Assembly (NCBI GenBank): GCA_017960645.1
Contig: JAGCYU010000022.1
Coordinates: forward strand, 141 to 64,140
Source of the DNA: Alphaproteobacteria bacterium
GTDB taxonomy: Bacteria > Pseudomonadota > Alphaproteobacteria > CAAHEQ01 > UBA3637
DNA length: 64,000 nt
Reading direction: 5' to 3'
A program made the position numbers and the translations under genes. The stretch's first letter is position 1. The number at the start of each line of letters is the position of its first letter. Of this stretch, positions 30,670 to 40,003 are shown in pieces. Below the pieces are notes generated by a model. That model did no database searches and was not told where the DNA came from. It was given only the letters and a program-made list of their open reading frames with translations.

Positions 30670-31123
30670 CTGAATTCTCCTTTTTACTACGCAAATACGA
30701 CGTCATTTTTTCCAACAAATCGTTTAAAATTAACACATCTTGAGTATAACCAAAAGTATCCCCACTCTCCATTATTTCTTCATCGGCCCCTGGTACAATT
30801 TCGATATGCTTAGCGCCCAAAATACCATCTGTTTCAATGGTTACAGAAGAATCCACAGGCAGCGCATACTTTTTATCCAACGCCAACTCAACCTTAATTC
30901 TATAACCATCAGTAAAATGTTGAGAAACAACATGGCCTACCTTTAACCCAGCCATACGTACATCCGCTCCGTTCATTAAACCGTCGGACTTATCAAAAGC
31001 GGCATACAAAGTAAAATCTGTACCATCTTGCGTTAAACCCGATTTACCATGCAAAGAAAACAAGATACAGCCCAATAAAAATACAAATAAAAAGCCAATC
31101 CATGTTTTTTGAGTATCGCTCAT
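30650..31123 (-). CDS. MCE-domain protein MlaD paralog
   Basis: DGLMNGADVRMAGLKVG, GILGAKHIEIVPG. Confidence 0.88.
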   Translation of the reverse strand: MSDTQKTWIGFLFVFLLGCILFSLHGKSGLTQDGTDFTLYAAFDKSDGLMNGADVRMAGLKVGHVVSQHFTDGYRIKVELALDKKYALPVDSSVTIETDGILGAKHIEIVPGADEEIMESGDTFGYTQDVLILNDLLEKMTSYLRSKKENSDEKESD

Positions 31124-31220
31124 TTTAAACTTCCTTATGTGTTATATTGGATACTATTATTTTTAAATTGTCAAGTATTCTTTCTTGACGCTGACACTTT
31201 TTTTGACTACTATAAAAACT

Positions 31221-32519
31221 ATGAAAAAGATTATTTATATTTGGCTGACAATCCTTATGTTTTGGAGCTTACCAGCGCATGCGATTTCCCTGATTCGAGA
31301 TACGGAAGTTGAAGAGGCTGTACTAGCATGGGTTCAAGTTATTTTTAAAGCTGCCAATTTAGAGCCTGAAAATGCACGCATTATGTTGGTTAACGACCCC
31401 AGCATCAATGCTTTTGTAGCAGGCGGTCAAACTATTTTTATTCACACGGGGCTAATTACCCAATCCAAAATGTTAGATGATTTAATGTTTGTTTTATCCC
31501 ATGAAACAGGCCATATCGTTGGAGGTCATGTGACACGTGGTATGACGGCCTATAAAAATGCACAAACAGCCACGTTAATTTCCACTATTTTAGGAGGCGT
31601 CATTGCTGTGGCAGCTGGTCGCCCTGATGCAGGAATTGCTGTAATGGTAGGCAGCCAATCCTCTGCTTTAGGTAGCTTTTTAACCTATCGTCAAACCGAA
31701 GAAAGCTCGGCTGATCGTATAGCGATTGATATTATGAATAAACTCGGCTATTCCATGCAAGGATTTACCAATACAATGCAAGCCATCCAGCATTTAGAAC
31801 GCATCAATATGTCCGAGGACGGCGGATATCTGCGTACACACCCTTTATCCCAAACGCGTATGCAAGATGTGGCTCGTTTTACAAAAAATGCACCAGCGCC
31901 CAAGCCAAATAAAACTTTTGATCGTATTCGGGCAAAGTTAATAGGCTTTATGAACGATCCAAAAGCCAATTTAAAACAGTACCAAGATAATTCTTTAACC
32001 TCACAATACATTCGCGCGATTTCTTTGTATCGCTTAAGCAAACGTGACGAGGCCATCGCTTTACTGGATAAAATAATCACCGTTGAACCCAACAACCCTT
32101 ATCTATACGAATTGAAAGGACAGTTTTATTTTGAAACTGGCGATATTCCAAAAGCCATTACTAACTATGAAAAAGCAAATAATTTAAAACCCAACGCTCC
32201 GTTAATTGAAACAGCTTTGGCTCAAAGCTATTTGGAAAACAAAACAACAAGCAATGCCACAAAAGCCCTAAAGCTGCTTCAACATGTGGTTTTGGTCGAA
32301 GAAGAACCTGTGCTTCCTTGGCGCTTAATGGCCACCGCCTATGATGTGTTAAAACAGCCCATAAACGCTCAATACGCAATGGTTGAATATAATTTATCAA
32401 TCGGCAAAACGACTGTTGCCTTAACTGCCGCCAAAAAACTCACCAAGACAATGCAAAAGGATAATCCGCACTACCAGCGTTTATTGGATATCATTGCTTT
32501 GGGCGATAAAAAAGATTGA
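31221..32519 (+). CDS. M48 metalloprotease with TPRs (BepA/YfgC-like)
   Basis: Signal peptide, INAFVAGG, HETGH, THP, TPR C-terminus. Confidence 0.92.
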   Translation: MKKIIYIWLTILMFWSLPAHAISLIRDTEVEEAVLAWVQVIFKAANLEPENARIMLVNDPSINAFVAGGQTIFIHTGLITQSKMLDDLMFVLSHETGHIVGGHVTRGMTAYKNAQTATLISTILGGVIAVAAGRPDAGIAVMVGSQSSALGSFLTYRQTEESSADRIAIDIMNKLGYSMQGFTNTMQAIQHLERINMSEDGGYLRTHPLSQTRMQDVARFTKNAPAPKPNKTFDRIRAKLIGFMNDPKANLKQYQDNSLTSQYIRAISLYRLSKRDEAIALLDKIITVEPNNPYLYELKGQFYFETGDIPKAITNYEKANNLKPNAPLIETALAQSYLENKTTSNATKALKLLQHVVLVEEEPVLPWRLMATAYDVLKQPINAQYAMVEYNLSIGKTTVALTAAKKLTKTMQKDNPHYQRLLDIIALGDKKD

Positions 32520-32551
32520 TTTTTACCCCATTTTTTGCTATGATTAAAAGC

Positions 32552-33799
32552 ATGAAAAAACCGGAACTTCTTTTGCCGGCAGGCACATTGGATAGACTAA
32601 AAACCGCCTTTATGTATGGTGCAGACGCTGTTTATGCCGGCATGCCTGCAGTGAGTTTGCGCAACAAAACTTCATTTACTTTTGATGAAATGAAGGAAGG
32701 TATTGACTATGCACACGCTTTAGGCAAAAAAGTATATTTGGCTATGAATTTATTTACCCACAACCACGATATTCCTAAGCTAGAACAATTTACAAGCATG
32801 TTGGATACGTTACGTCCGGACGGCGTTATTGTCGCAGATCCTGGTGTTTTTGCCTATGTCAAAGAAAAATGTCCATGGCTTCCTTTGCATATTTCTACCC
32901 AAGCAAACGTATGCTCTGCTCTAACAGTTAATTACTGGAAAAATCAAGGGGCTTCTTTGGTCGTTTTGGGGCGCGAAACACCACTAACTGAAATTAAAGA
33001 AATTCGCCAGCAATGCCCCGACATCCGTTTGGAAATGTTTATTCATGGTGCCTTGTGTATAAGCTATTCTGGCCGGTGTTTACTGTCTAATTTCATGACA
33101 GGACGCAGTGCTAATAAAGGCAATTGTGCCCATTCTTGCCGCTGGAAATACAAAGTCTATTTAGAAGAAGAAAATCGTCCAAATGAACTAATGGAAATCA
33201 GCGAAGATGAACACGGCACCTATATCATGAACTCCAAAGATTTATGTTTACTGGACAGGTTAAATGATATTTTGCCCGTTGGCATTGATTCCTTTAAAGT
33301 AGAAGGCCGCAACAAATCCGAATACTATGCGGCTATTACTGCCCGTGCTTATCGCGCAGCCATTGATGCATGGTTTGAAGATCCTAAAAAATGGAACGCA
33401 GAGCCCTATAAAAACGAACTTTTAACATTACAAAGTCGGGGCTATACCACGGGCTTTTTGGATGGAAATGCAGGTCCGGAAGCTCACAACTATGATGTGT
33501 CTGCCTCAACGGGAAGCTGGCGTTATGCGGGACAAGTTCTGGGAAACACAGAAGGTCGATTGCTTGTTTTGTTAAAACATAAACTGACCATCGGTATGGA
33601 GTTGGAAGTTTTGATCCCAGACCAATGGGAGCCTTATCGTTTCCAGATTACAGAAATGTTTAATCATTCCAATCATCAAGCAGTAGCAGCTATGTCGGCA
33701 GGCCCCATTCATCAACAGGTTGAATTAGCTCTGCCGGATAGCACGATGTTATCCAAGATTCCCCCTTTAACAGTTATCCGCACAAAATTACCAGAATAA
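32552..33799 (+). CDS. Peptidase U32 family, tRNA hydroxylation protein (TrhP/YegQ-like)
   Basis: KPELLLPAG, HISTQAN, HGALCISYSGRCLLS, FKVEGR. Confidence 0.9.
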   Translation: MKKPELLLPAGTLDRLKTAFMYGADAVYAGMPAVSLRNKTSFTFDEMKEGIDYAHALGKKVYLAMNLFTHNHDIPKLEQFTSMLDTLRPDGVIVADPGVFAYVKEKCPWLPLHISTQANVCSALTVNYWKNQGASLVVLGRETPLTEIKEIRQQCPDIRLEMFIHGALCISYSGRCLLSNFMTGRSANKGNCAHSCRWKYKVYLEEENRPNELMEISEDEHGTYIMNSKDLCLLDRLNDILPVGIDSFKVEGRNKSEYYAAITARAYRAAIDAWFEDPKKWNAEPYKNELLTLQSRGYTTGFLDGNAGPEAHNYDVSASTGSWRYAGQVLGNTEGRLLVLLKHKLTIGMELEVLIPDQWEPYRFQITEMFNHSNHQAVAAMSAGPIHQQVELALPDSTMLSKIPPLTVIRTKLPE

Positions 33800-33878
33800 T
33801 TTTAATATCCGCAGATTCCCACTTGCAAAAAAGATAAAATTTTGCTAAACTTTCGGCATTATTTTGAAAGGATAAACA

Positions 33879-34886
33879 ATGGAACAAACTTTGTCTATTG
33901 AACAATTTGAAAACAACCTTATCAATGCTGCCAAAGCAAATAAACAACGCATCGTTTTGCCAGAAGGCGAATGCGACCGCGTTTTAAAGGCGGCACATGA
34001 CGCTTTGGCACAAGACATTGCTGACATTATTATTTTGGGCAATCCAGAAATGATTCACACCAAGGAAAAAGGATTGGGGTTGGATTTATCAAAAGCACAC
34101 ATCATTGATCACTTGAATGCGACCGAGTTTGAAGATTATGCCAACACTTTGGCTGAACTCAGAAAGGCTAAAGGATTAACGTTGGAAGAAGCGCGTGACA
34201 TGATGAAAGACGGCGCTTATTTTGGGACAATGATGGTGTATAAGGGCGTTGCTGATGGCATGGTCTCTGGGGCAGAACACACAACTGCCAACACAATCCG
34301 TCCAGCATTGCAATTCATTAAAACAAAACCAGGTGCCACAATGGTCTCTGGTGCTTTTTTGATGTGCTATAATGGGCAATTGCAAGTCTTTGCTGATTGT
34401 GCTGTTACGCCAAACCCAACTAGTGAACAATTATCAGAGATTGCCGTCACTTCAGCACAAACTGCACGAATTTTTGGTCTTGAACCTCGCGTTGCCTTTT
34501 TATCATACAGCACAGGAACTTCCAGCAAAGGACCATCTGTGGATTTAGTCAACGAAGCAATTCGTTTAACACGTGAAAAAAATGTAGATTTTGCCTTTGA
34601 AGGGCCTATTCAATTTGATGCGGCTGTTGATCCAGAGGTTGCAAAAACAAAGCTTCCAAACAGCCCTGTGGCCGGTCATGCTAATGTTTTTGTATTTCCC
34701 GAATTAAACACAGGTAACTGTTGTTACAAAGCTATTCAACGCGCTCTTGGGGATAAATGTTTGGCGGTGGGTCCGATTTTGCAAGGGCTCAACAAACCCG
34801 TCAATGATTTATCACGTGGGGCAACTGTCAAAGACATTATCAATACAATTGCATTTACTGCCTTATTTGCTCAACAGAAAGGATAA
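33879..34886 (+). CDS. pta: Phosphate acetyltransferase (catalytic domain only)
   Basis: IVLPEG, SGAEHTT, GPIQFDAA, PVNDLSRG. Confidence 0.95.
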   Translation: MEQTLSIEQFENNLINAAKANKQRIVLPEGECDRVLKAAHDALAQDIADIIILGNPEMIHTKEKGLGLDLSKAHIIDHLNATEFEDYANTLAELRKAKGLTLEEARDMMKDGAYFGTMMVYKGVADGMVSGAEHTTANTIRPALQFIKTKPGATMVSGAFLMCYNGQLQVFADCAVTPNPTSEQLSEIAVTSAQTARIFGLEPRVAFLSYSTGTSSKGPSVDLVNEAIRLTREKNVDFAFEGPIQFDAAVDPEVAKTKLPNSPVAGHANVFVFPELNTGNCCYKAIQRALGDKCLAVGPILQGLNKPVNDLSRGATVKDIINTIAFTALFAQQKG

Positions 34887-34889
34887 CCT

Positions 34890-36095
34890 ATGGCAAAGAT
34901 TTTAGTGATTAACTGTGGCTCGTCTACAATTAAGTATCAATTGTTCAACATGGATACAAAGGAAGTTTTGTGTTCTGGATTAGTGGAAAAAATCGGCGAA
35001 AGTATCAGCCGCATTACACATAAGAAATTCCCCGATACAGACAAAGCCACGAAAACAGTGATTGAAGAACGTTTTCCAACACATGCCGAAGGTATGAAAA
35101 AAGCTGTGGATATGATGTTGCACGGAGAAACTGCCGTAATTGACAACATTGATGATATTACCGGTGTTGGTCATCGTATCGTGCATGGAGGTTCCTATTT
35201 CAAACCTATGAAGGTCACACCAGAAGTGATTGCTAATTTACAAGCTGTGATTCCTTTGGCGCCATTACATAACCCAGGCCATTTGATTGGTATTCGTGTA
35301 GCACAAGAAATTTTTGCCAACGCAACACATATCGTTGTTTTTGATACAGCTTTTCATCAAACAATGCCAGATTACGCGTATATGTACCCACTGCCCTATG
35401 AAATTTATGAAAAATATGCCGTTCGCAAATATGGCGCACATGGCACAAGCCATAAATATGTTGCCCGTCGCGCAGCTGAATTATTAGGCAAACCGCTTTC
35501 GCAAACCAACTTAATTACTTGCCATATCGGCAGCGGATCCTCTATTTGTGCCATCAAAGCAGGCAAGTGCATTGACACTTCTATGGGCTTAACACCTTTA
35601 GACGGTTTAATGATGGGCACACGTTGCGGATCCATTGACCCTGCTACAGTCGGCTTTTTAATGCGCAATGCCAACATGGACATTGACGCTGTGGATAAAA
35701 TGATGACCAAGCAAAGCGGGCTACTCGGCATTTGCGGAGTTAACGATATGCGTGATGTGCATGCAAAAGTCGCGACCAATGACGAACGCGCCAAGCTTGC
35801 CTTGAATATGTTGACCTATCGTATTCGAGGCTTTATCGGGAATTATTTTGCTCAATTAAATGGAGAACTAGACGCTTTGGTATGGACAGCAGGTGTTGGG
35901 GAAAATGATGAAATTGTCCGCCGCGAAGTGATGAAAGGCCTGACAGGGCTTGGCTTTAAATTGGATGAAGCCGAAAATGATAAGCGCCCAGGCGAATATG
36001 CTTTGATTTCTGAACCAGATTCCAAGTTCAAAATTTATGTGATTCGCACAAATGAAGAACTGGAAATTGCCAACGAAACATTGGCGTTAATGTAA
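34890..36095 (+). CDS. ackA: Acetate kinase
   Basis: INCGSSTIK, GHRIVHGG, APLHNP, TNEE. Confidence 0.97.
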   Translation: MAKILVINCGSSTIKYQLFNMDTKEVLCSGLVEKIGESISRITHKKFPDTDKATKTVIEERFPTHAEGMKKAVDMMLHGETAVIDNIDDITGVGHRIVHGGSYFKPMKVTPEVIANLQAVIPLAPLHNPGHLIGIRVAQEIFANATHIVVFDTAFHQTMPDYAYMYPLPYEIYEKYAVRKYGAHGTSHKYVARRAAELLGKPLSQTNLITCHIGSGSSICAIKAGKCIDTSMGLTPLDGLMMGTRCGSIDPATVGFLMRNANMDIDAVDKMMTKQSGLLGICGVNDMRDVHAKVATNDERAKLALNMLTYRIRGFIGNYFAQLNGELDALVWTAGVGENDEIVRREVMKGLTGLGFKLDEAENDKRPGEYALISEPDSKFKIYVIRTNEELEIANETLALM

Positions 36096-36117
36096 TATTT
36101 ATTCAAAGCTTATCATG

Positions 36118-36147
36118 ATAGGGTGCGATTTCGTGCCCTATTTTTTT
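36118..36147 (+). terminator. Terminator after ackA
   Basis: ATAGGG...CCCTAT stem followed by T run. Confidence 0.7.
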
Positions 36148-36198
36148 AAATAATACTTGCTTTTTTCATTTTTATGCGGTATAATGCACTCTGCTCGT

Positions 36199-36274
<76 letters not shown>

Positions 36275-36342
36275 CTTAAGAAAATTCCATTTATTTTTGG
36301 CTTGTCAATCACTTTGTGGAATGGTTAATTCACTCCCAGTCA

Positions 36343-37170
36343 TTATTTTTTCCCTTGAAGCTTCAAAATACGGATAAAACCAAATAAATAATAACGCCTG
36401 CATCCTTCTTTAAATTTAACTTTATACAAAGGTATTTTTATTCCCCTCATTTCCTCAAACAAATGATGCAATTTTTTTTGTATAATAAAATCGCTTGAAA
36501 GATTTTGAATCAGCATATCTTGCACTTTTTGTGTATCTTTTTTCATAATATTTTTTTTTCGCGAGATATTATCTGAATGTTGACGACATTTTAATAAAAC
36601 CTCTTGTAAATTAATTAATTGTAATCCTTTTAAAAGTGCTCGCACCCAAAAATCATAATCTTCTGCAACAATCAAGCTGGTATCATAGAAAAGATTTTCA
36701 AGATCTTTACGACGATACATCGCTGATGATTCACATGTTATATTAGCCCTCAGCATATCTATAATATAGACTTTTTCTGGCAATTTGCGTACATAGTGTT
36801 TTGGAAACAATTCATACCACGACCCCACATATGAAACCTCCGGATGCTTATCCAAATAATTCTTTTGTTTTTCTAAACGGTTGGGTAAAGAAATATCATC
36901 GCTATCGGCCCAGGCAACATACTCTGTTTTGGCCAATTGCATCAATTTATTCCGCACAGCACTTAAGCCCATATTCTTTTTATTTTGAACAAAATGAATG
37001 CGTTTGTCTTGATATGACGTGATAACTTGGGCGGCATTATTCGTGCTGCCATCATCCATGATAATAAATTCAAAATCTGTAAAAGTTTGATTCAAGATGC
37101 TTTCAATCGCTTGTCTTAAATATTCTTCTTGCGTATTATAAACAGGCATCAAGACGGTAATTTTTGCCAT
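36343..37170 (-). CDS. Glycosyltransferase family 2
   Basis: RBS GGGAGG; ITVLMPVYN, DDGST, DSDD, EDYDFW. Confidence 0.93.
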   Translation of the reverse strand: MAKITVLMPVYNTQEEYLRQAIESILNQTFTDFEFIIMDDGSTNNAAQVITSYQDKRIHFVQNKKNMGLSAVRNKLMQLAKTEYVAWADSDDISLPNRLEKQKNYLDKHPEVSYVGSWYELFPKHYVRKLPEKVYIIDMLRANITCESSAMYRRKDLENLFYDTSLIVAEDYDFWVRALLKGLQLINLQEVLLKCRQHSDNISRKKNIMKKDTQKVQDMLIQNLSSDFIIQKKLHHLFEEMRGIKIPLYKVKFKEGCRRYYLFGFIRILKLQGKK

Positions 37171-37209
37171 TTTTCCTCCCAACAAAAATAAAAATTCGCC
37201 TTGATGAGA

Positions 37210-37375
37210 GGCGACTGGAAGGTAGAAACTACTTGATATGAAATAGTGCGGTCTATTGACCAAAAAGGCTTATTCAACCGCCTTCCAGCCATAGCTAGAA
37301 GGCATAAATATTTAACGTCTATTTAGACGCATATCAAGAGGCTTCTACACCTCAGACAAGACATCACCTTGTCCG
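37210..37375 (-). ncRNA. Structured leader resembling phage C4/CI antisense RNA plus upstream target site
   Basis: CTGGAAGG/CCTTCCAG stem; 19-nt near-complement between 37222-37240 and 37330-37348; several hairpins. Confidence 0.5.
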
Positions 37376-37381
37376 CGTGAT

Positions 37382-37410
37382 ATGCTAGCATTAAGCAAAC
37401 ACAATGTCAA
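37382..37410 (-). promoter_or_regulatory. sigma70 promoter for structured leader and GT2
   Basis: TTGACA-17-TAGCAT with TG extension. Confidence 0.7.
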
Positions 37411-37585
37411 ATAAAAAATCCCCGACTTGAAATCGGAGACTTTCATTCATTGAGTTTTATTCTTTAACATCTGCCGCCACTTGCATTTGCGCAATAATAT
37501 CCGAATTCACAACGTTTATTTGTTCATTCTTATTAAAAGTGGCCTTTTTGTTGTAAAACATAACAATGTAAGATATAATACTCAT

Positions 37586-38317
37586 ATGAAAAAATTATTC
37601 TTACTTTCATTTTTATTATGTGGGTGTCACAGTCTTGTTATCCCAGATTCTTTTCAGTATCAAAAAATACAAACAGATTATTATAAATTAGCTTCCTGGC
37701 AAAAGATAACTGATACACGATCTCCAATCCGCATCTACCTGGAAGGCGACGGATACGCGTTTAATTATGCTGGTCAACCAACAAACAACCCAACACCACG
37801 GGGTACTTTTTTGCGAAAAATCGCTTTTAATGATCCAAATTCAAATGTTGTTTATTTGGCTCGTCCATGCCAATACATAACTGATTCCCTGTGCACCCAA
37901 AAAGATTGGACAACCGGACGATTTTCTGAGCACATTATAGATTCCATTTTACAAGCTATTCAAATCATTTCCAAAAAGCAACCCGTCATTTTAATTGGTT
38001 ATTCCGGTGGTGCTTTGTTATCCGGTTTGGTCATAAACAAAAATTCAACAATCCCTATCCAAAAATGGATTACTTTAGCAGGCGTTTTAAATCATACGAA
38101 ATGGACTCAAAACTTACATTTACCACCTTTAACGGATTCAGCCGATTTAAACAAACTACCATCTGTCCCTCAACTTCATTTAATTGGAGATAAAGATCAA
38201 GTCGTTCCATATCCCTTGACCAAAACTCTGGTTGATGAAAAAAACTTAATCATCATTCCGAATGCTACTCATGATACAGGATATGAAAATTATCTGCCTC
38301 AGGTTTATGGTAAATAA
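37586..38317 (+). CDS. Alpha/beta hydrolase lipoprotein
   Basis: Lipobox LCGC, YLEGDG, YLARPCQY, GYSGG nucleophile elbow. Confidence 0.88.
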   Translation: MKKLFLLSFLLCGCHSLVIPDSFQYQKIQTDYYKLASWQKITDTRSPIRIYLEGDGYAFNYAGQPTNNPTPRGTFLRKIAFNDPNSNVVYLARPCQYITDSLCTQKDWTTGRFSEHIIDSILQAIQIISKKQPVILIGYSGGALLSGLVINKNSTIPIQKWITLAGVLNHTKWTQNLHLPPLTDSADLNKLPSVPQLHLIGDKDQVVPYPLTKTLVDEKNLIIIPNATHDTGYENYLPQVYGK

Positions 38318-38438
38318 AGTCTTATCTCAAATTGAAAATAAAAAAAATCTCAGGGCAATAAAATTTAGGACACAATATGAAACCAAGGGCTCAAACTGCA
38401 TTACCCGTCACTCTAGCTGAAAAAGCATTCAAACATAT

Positions 38439-39593
38439 CTATTTGCTAATGGTATTATACCAGTGTTGCATTTCCTGTGTCACGGGATATTGATATTCTA
38501 AAATAAGCTGTTCATAAAAATTCAGCACATCCTGTTTATATCTATTTTGCAAAGGAACAGAGAAATTATTATATATATTCCACCACTGAGGTACATATAA
38601 TTCTAAATAATTATTCAAAATTTCCTTGTTACCATAAGGCTTCACCATAGCAAATACACCCAATACAACTTGACACCATTCTGAGAAATGAGCATCCAGG
38701 TTATGCGTAACACTCGCCTCGTGAACGCGACGGTGATAAAACGTTTCTTTTAAAGATCCAAACCTTTTAGCTTTAAATATAGCTTCTGTAAAAAACAAAG
38801 TATCTTCAAACAATAACGGTTTATTTTCCCATTCAATTCGACAATTTTTTAAAAATTTATTTTTATAAATCGTCAAGGCAGTAGAAACAGCAACTTTATG
38901 TACAATAGGCTGTATATCTTCAACTGTCATAACTGGCTTTGGATAGGCATCTAACCACTGAAGACGATGATAGGGCGTTTCATATTCCTTTCGGGTTTCG
39001 TCAAAAAATTCTATAGCCATAAATGAGCACATATCCAAATCGTAGATTTTGCTATATAAATACAAACATTCACAAGCATCTGCTTCTAAATAATCATCTG
39101 CATCCACATATTGTGTATATTCTCCTGTAACATGCGACATTCCAACCCGCCTAGCGATAGAAGGGCCTTGATTGTTTTGTGATACTATTTTAATCCTCTT
39201 ATCATGGGCGGCATAGTCCTGTAAAATTTTTAAACTATGATCCATGGAACCATCATTGACACAGATAATTTCTATATTTTGAAGCGTTTGATGAATCAAA
39301 CTTTCTAAACATTCCGCCAAGTATTTTTCCATATTATAAACGCATACGACTAAGGAAACAAAGGGGCCTTTTGTTGCAAATAGTTTTTGGCTAATTTTTT
39401 TTGGTAATTTTGTCAGAATATCTTTTAAAAATTTTCGTTTTTCTGTTCCCGTCATTAGGGCAAGTTGATTTTGGAGATGCTTTTTAACTTCTGGCAAAAA
39501 AGCTTGTTCATTCTCATTGCACAAAGGTACAGAAAAGTCCATAAAATCATTCGGGTTTTTAACTTTCACGAGAGACCACCTTTCACAGAACAA
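38439..39593 (-). CDS. Glycosyltransferase family 2 (start uncertain, possibly 39542)
   Basis: VSLVVCVYNMEKYL, NDGSMD, VDADD. Confidence 0.85.
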   Translation of the reverse strand: MFCERWSLVKVKNPNDFMDFSVPLCNENEQAFLPEVKKHLQNQLALMTGTEKRKFLKDILTKLPKKISQKLFATKGPFVSLVVCVYNMEKYLAECLESLIHQTLQNIEIICVNDGSMDHSLKILQDYAAHDKRIKIVSQNNQGPSIARRVGMSHVTGEYTQYVDADDYLEADACECLYLYSKIYDLDMCSFMAIEFFDETRKEYETPYHRLQWLDAYPKPVMTVEDIQPIVHKVAVSTALTIYKNKFLKNCRIEWENKPLLFEDTLFFTEAIFKAKRFGSLKETFYHRRVHEASVTHNLDAHFSEWCQVVLGVFAMVKPYGNKEILNNYLELYVPQWWNIYNNFSVPLQNRYKQDVLNFYEQLILEYQYPVTQEMQHWYNTISK

Positions 39594-39788
39594 TTAAACA
39601 TACAAAGAACATCCTTTGTGCTGTTTTATGTGTGATTTTCATTTTATGATAGAATACGTTATTTTGCAACCACAAATGTGGAGCGGACACAGGTGCACAA
39701 GCATCACACCATGTGTCACACTTTTTTTGTGATTGTGCCTCATGGGGGTTTTTAAACAGCTCTTGATTTGTAATGATTTTTCAAAAAC

Positions 39789-39820
39789 AAAGGATTCCAA
39801 TAAATCTCGTGGAATCCTTT
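39789..39820 (-). terminator. Hairpin downstream of tRNA-Gly
   Basis: AAAGGATTCCA / TGGAATCCTTT perfect 11-bp inverted repeat. Confidence 0.65.
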
Positions 39821-39852
39821 TTATAAGCGCTTGGAAAATAAGCTTTTTAAAT

Positions 39853-39927
39853 TGGAGCGGGCGAAGGGATTTGAACCCTCGACATCAACCTTGGCAAGGT
39901 TGCGCTCTACCCCTGAGCTACACCCGC
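39853..39927 (-). tRNA. tRNA-Gly(GCC)
   Basis: GCGGGTG...CGCCCGC-T-CCA; CAACC-TTGCCAA-GGTTG anticodon arm. Confidence 0.97.
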
Positions 39928-40003
39928 ATCTTGCGACAACGGAAATTATTATACACACATTTTTTTAAAAAAGCAAGAACTTTTTTAAAAAAACATCCGC
40001 AAC

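Noticed and set aside
37457-37561. 34-aa minus-strand ORF MFYNKK...ADVKE followed by a weak hairpin
   Set aside because: No RBS and it overlaps the hydrolase promoter; at most a gene remnant.
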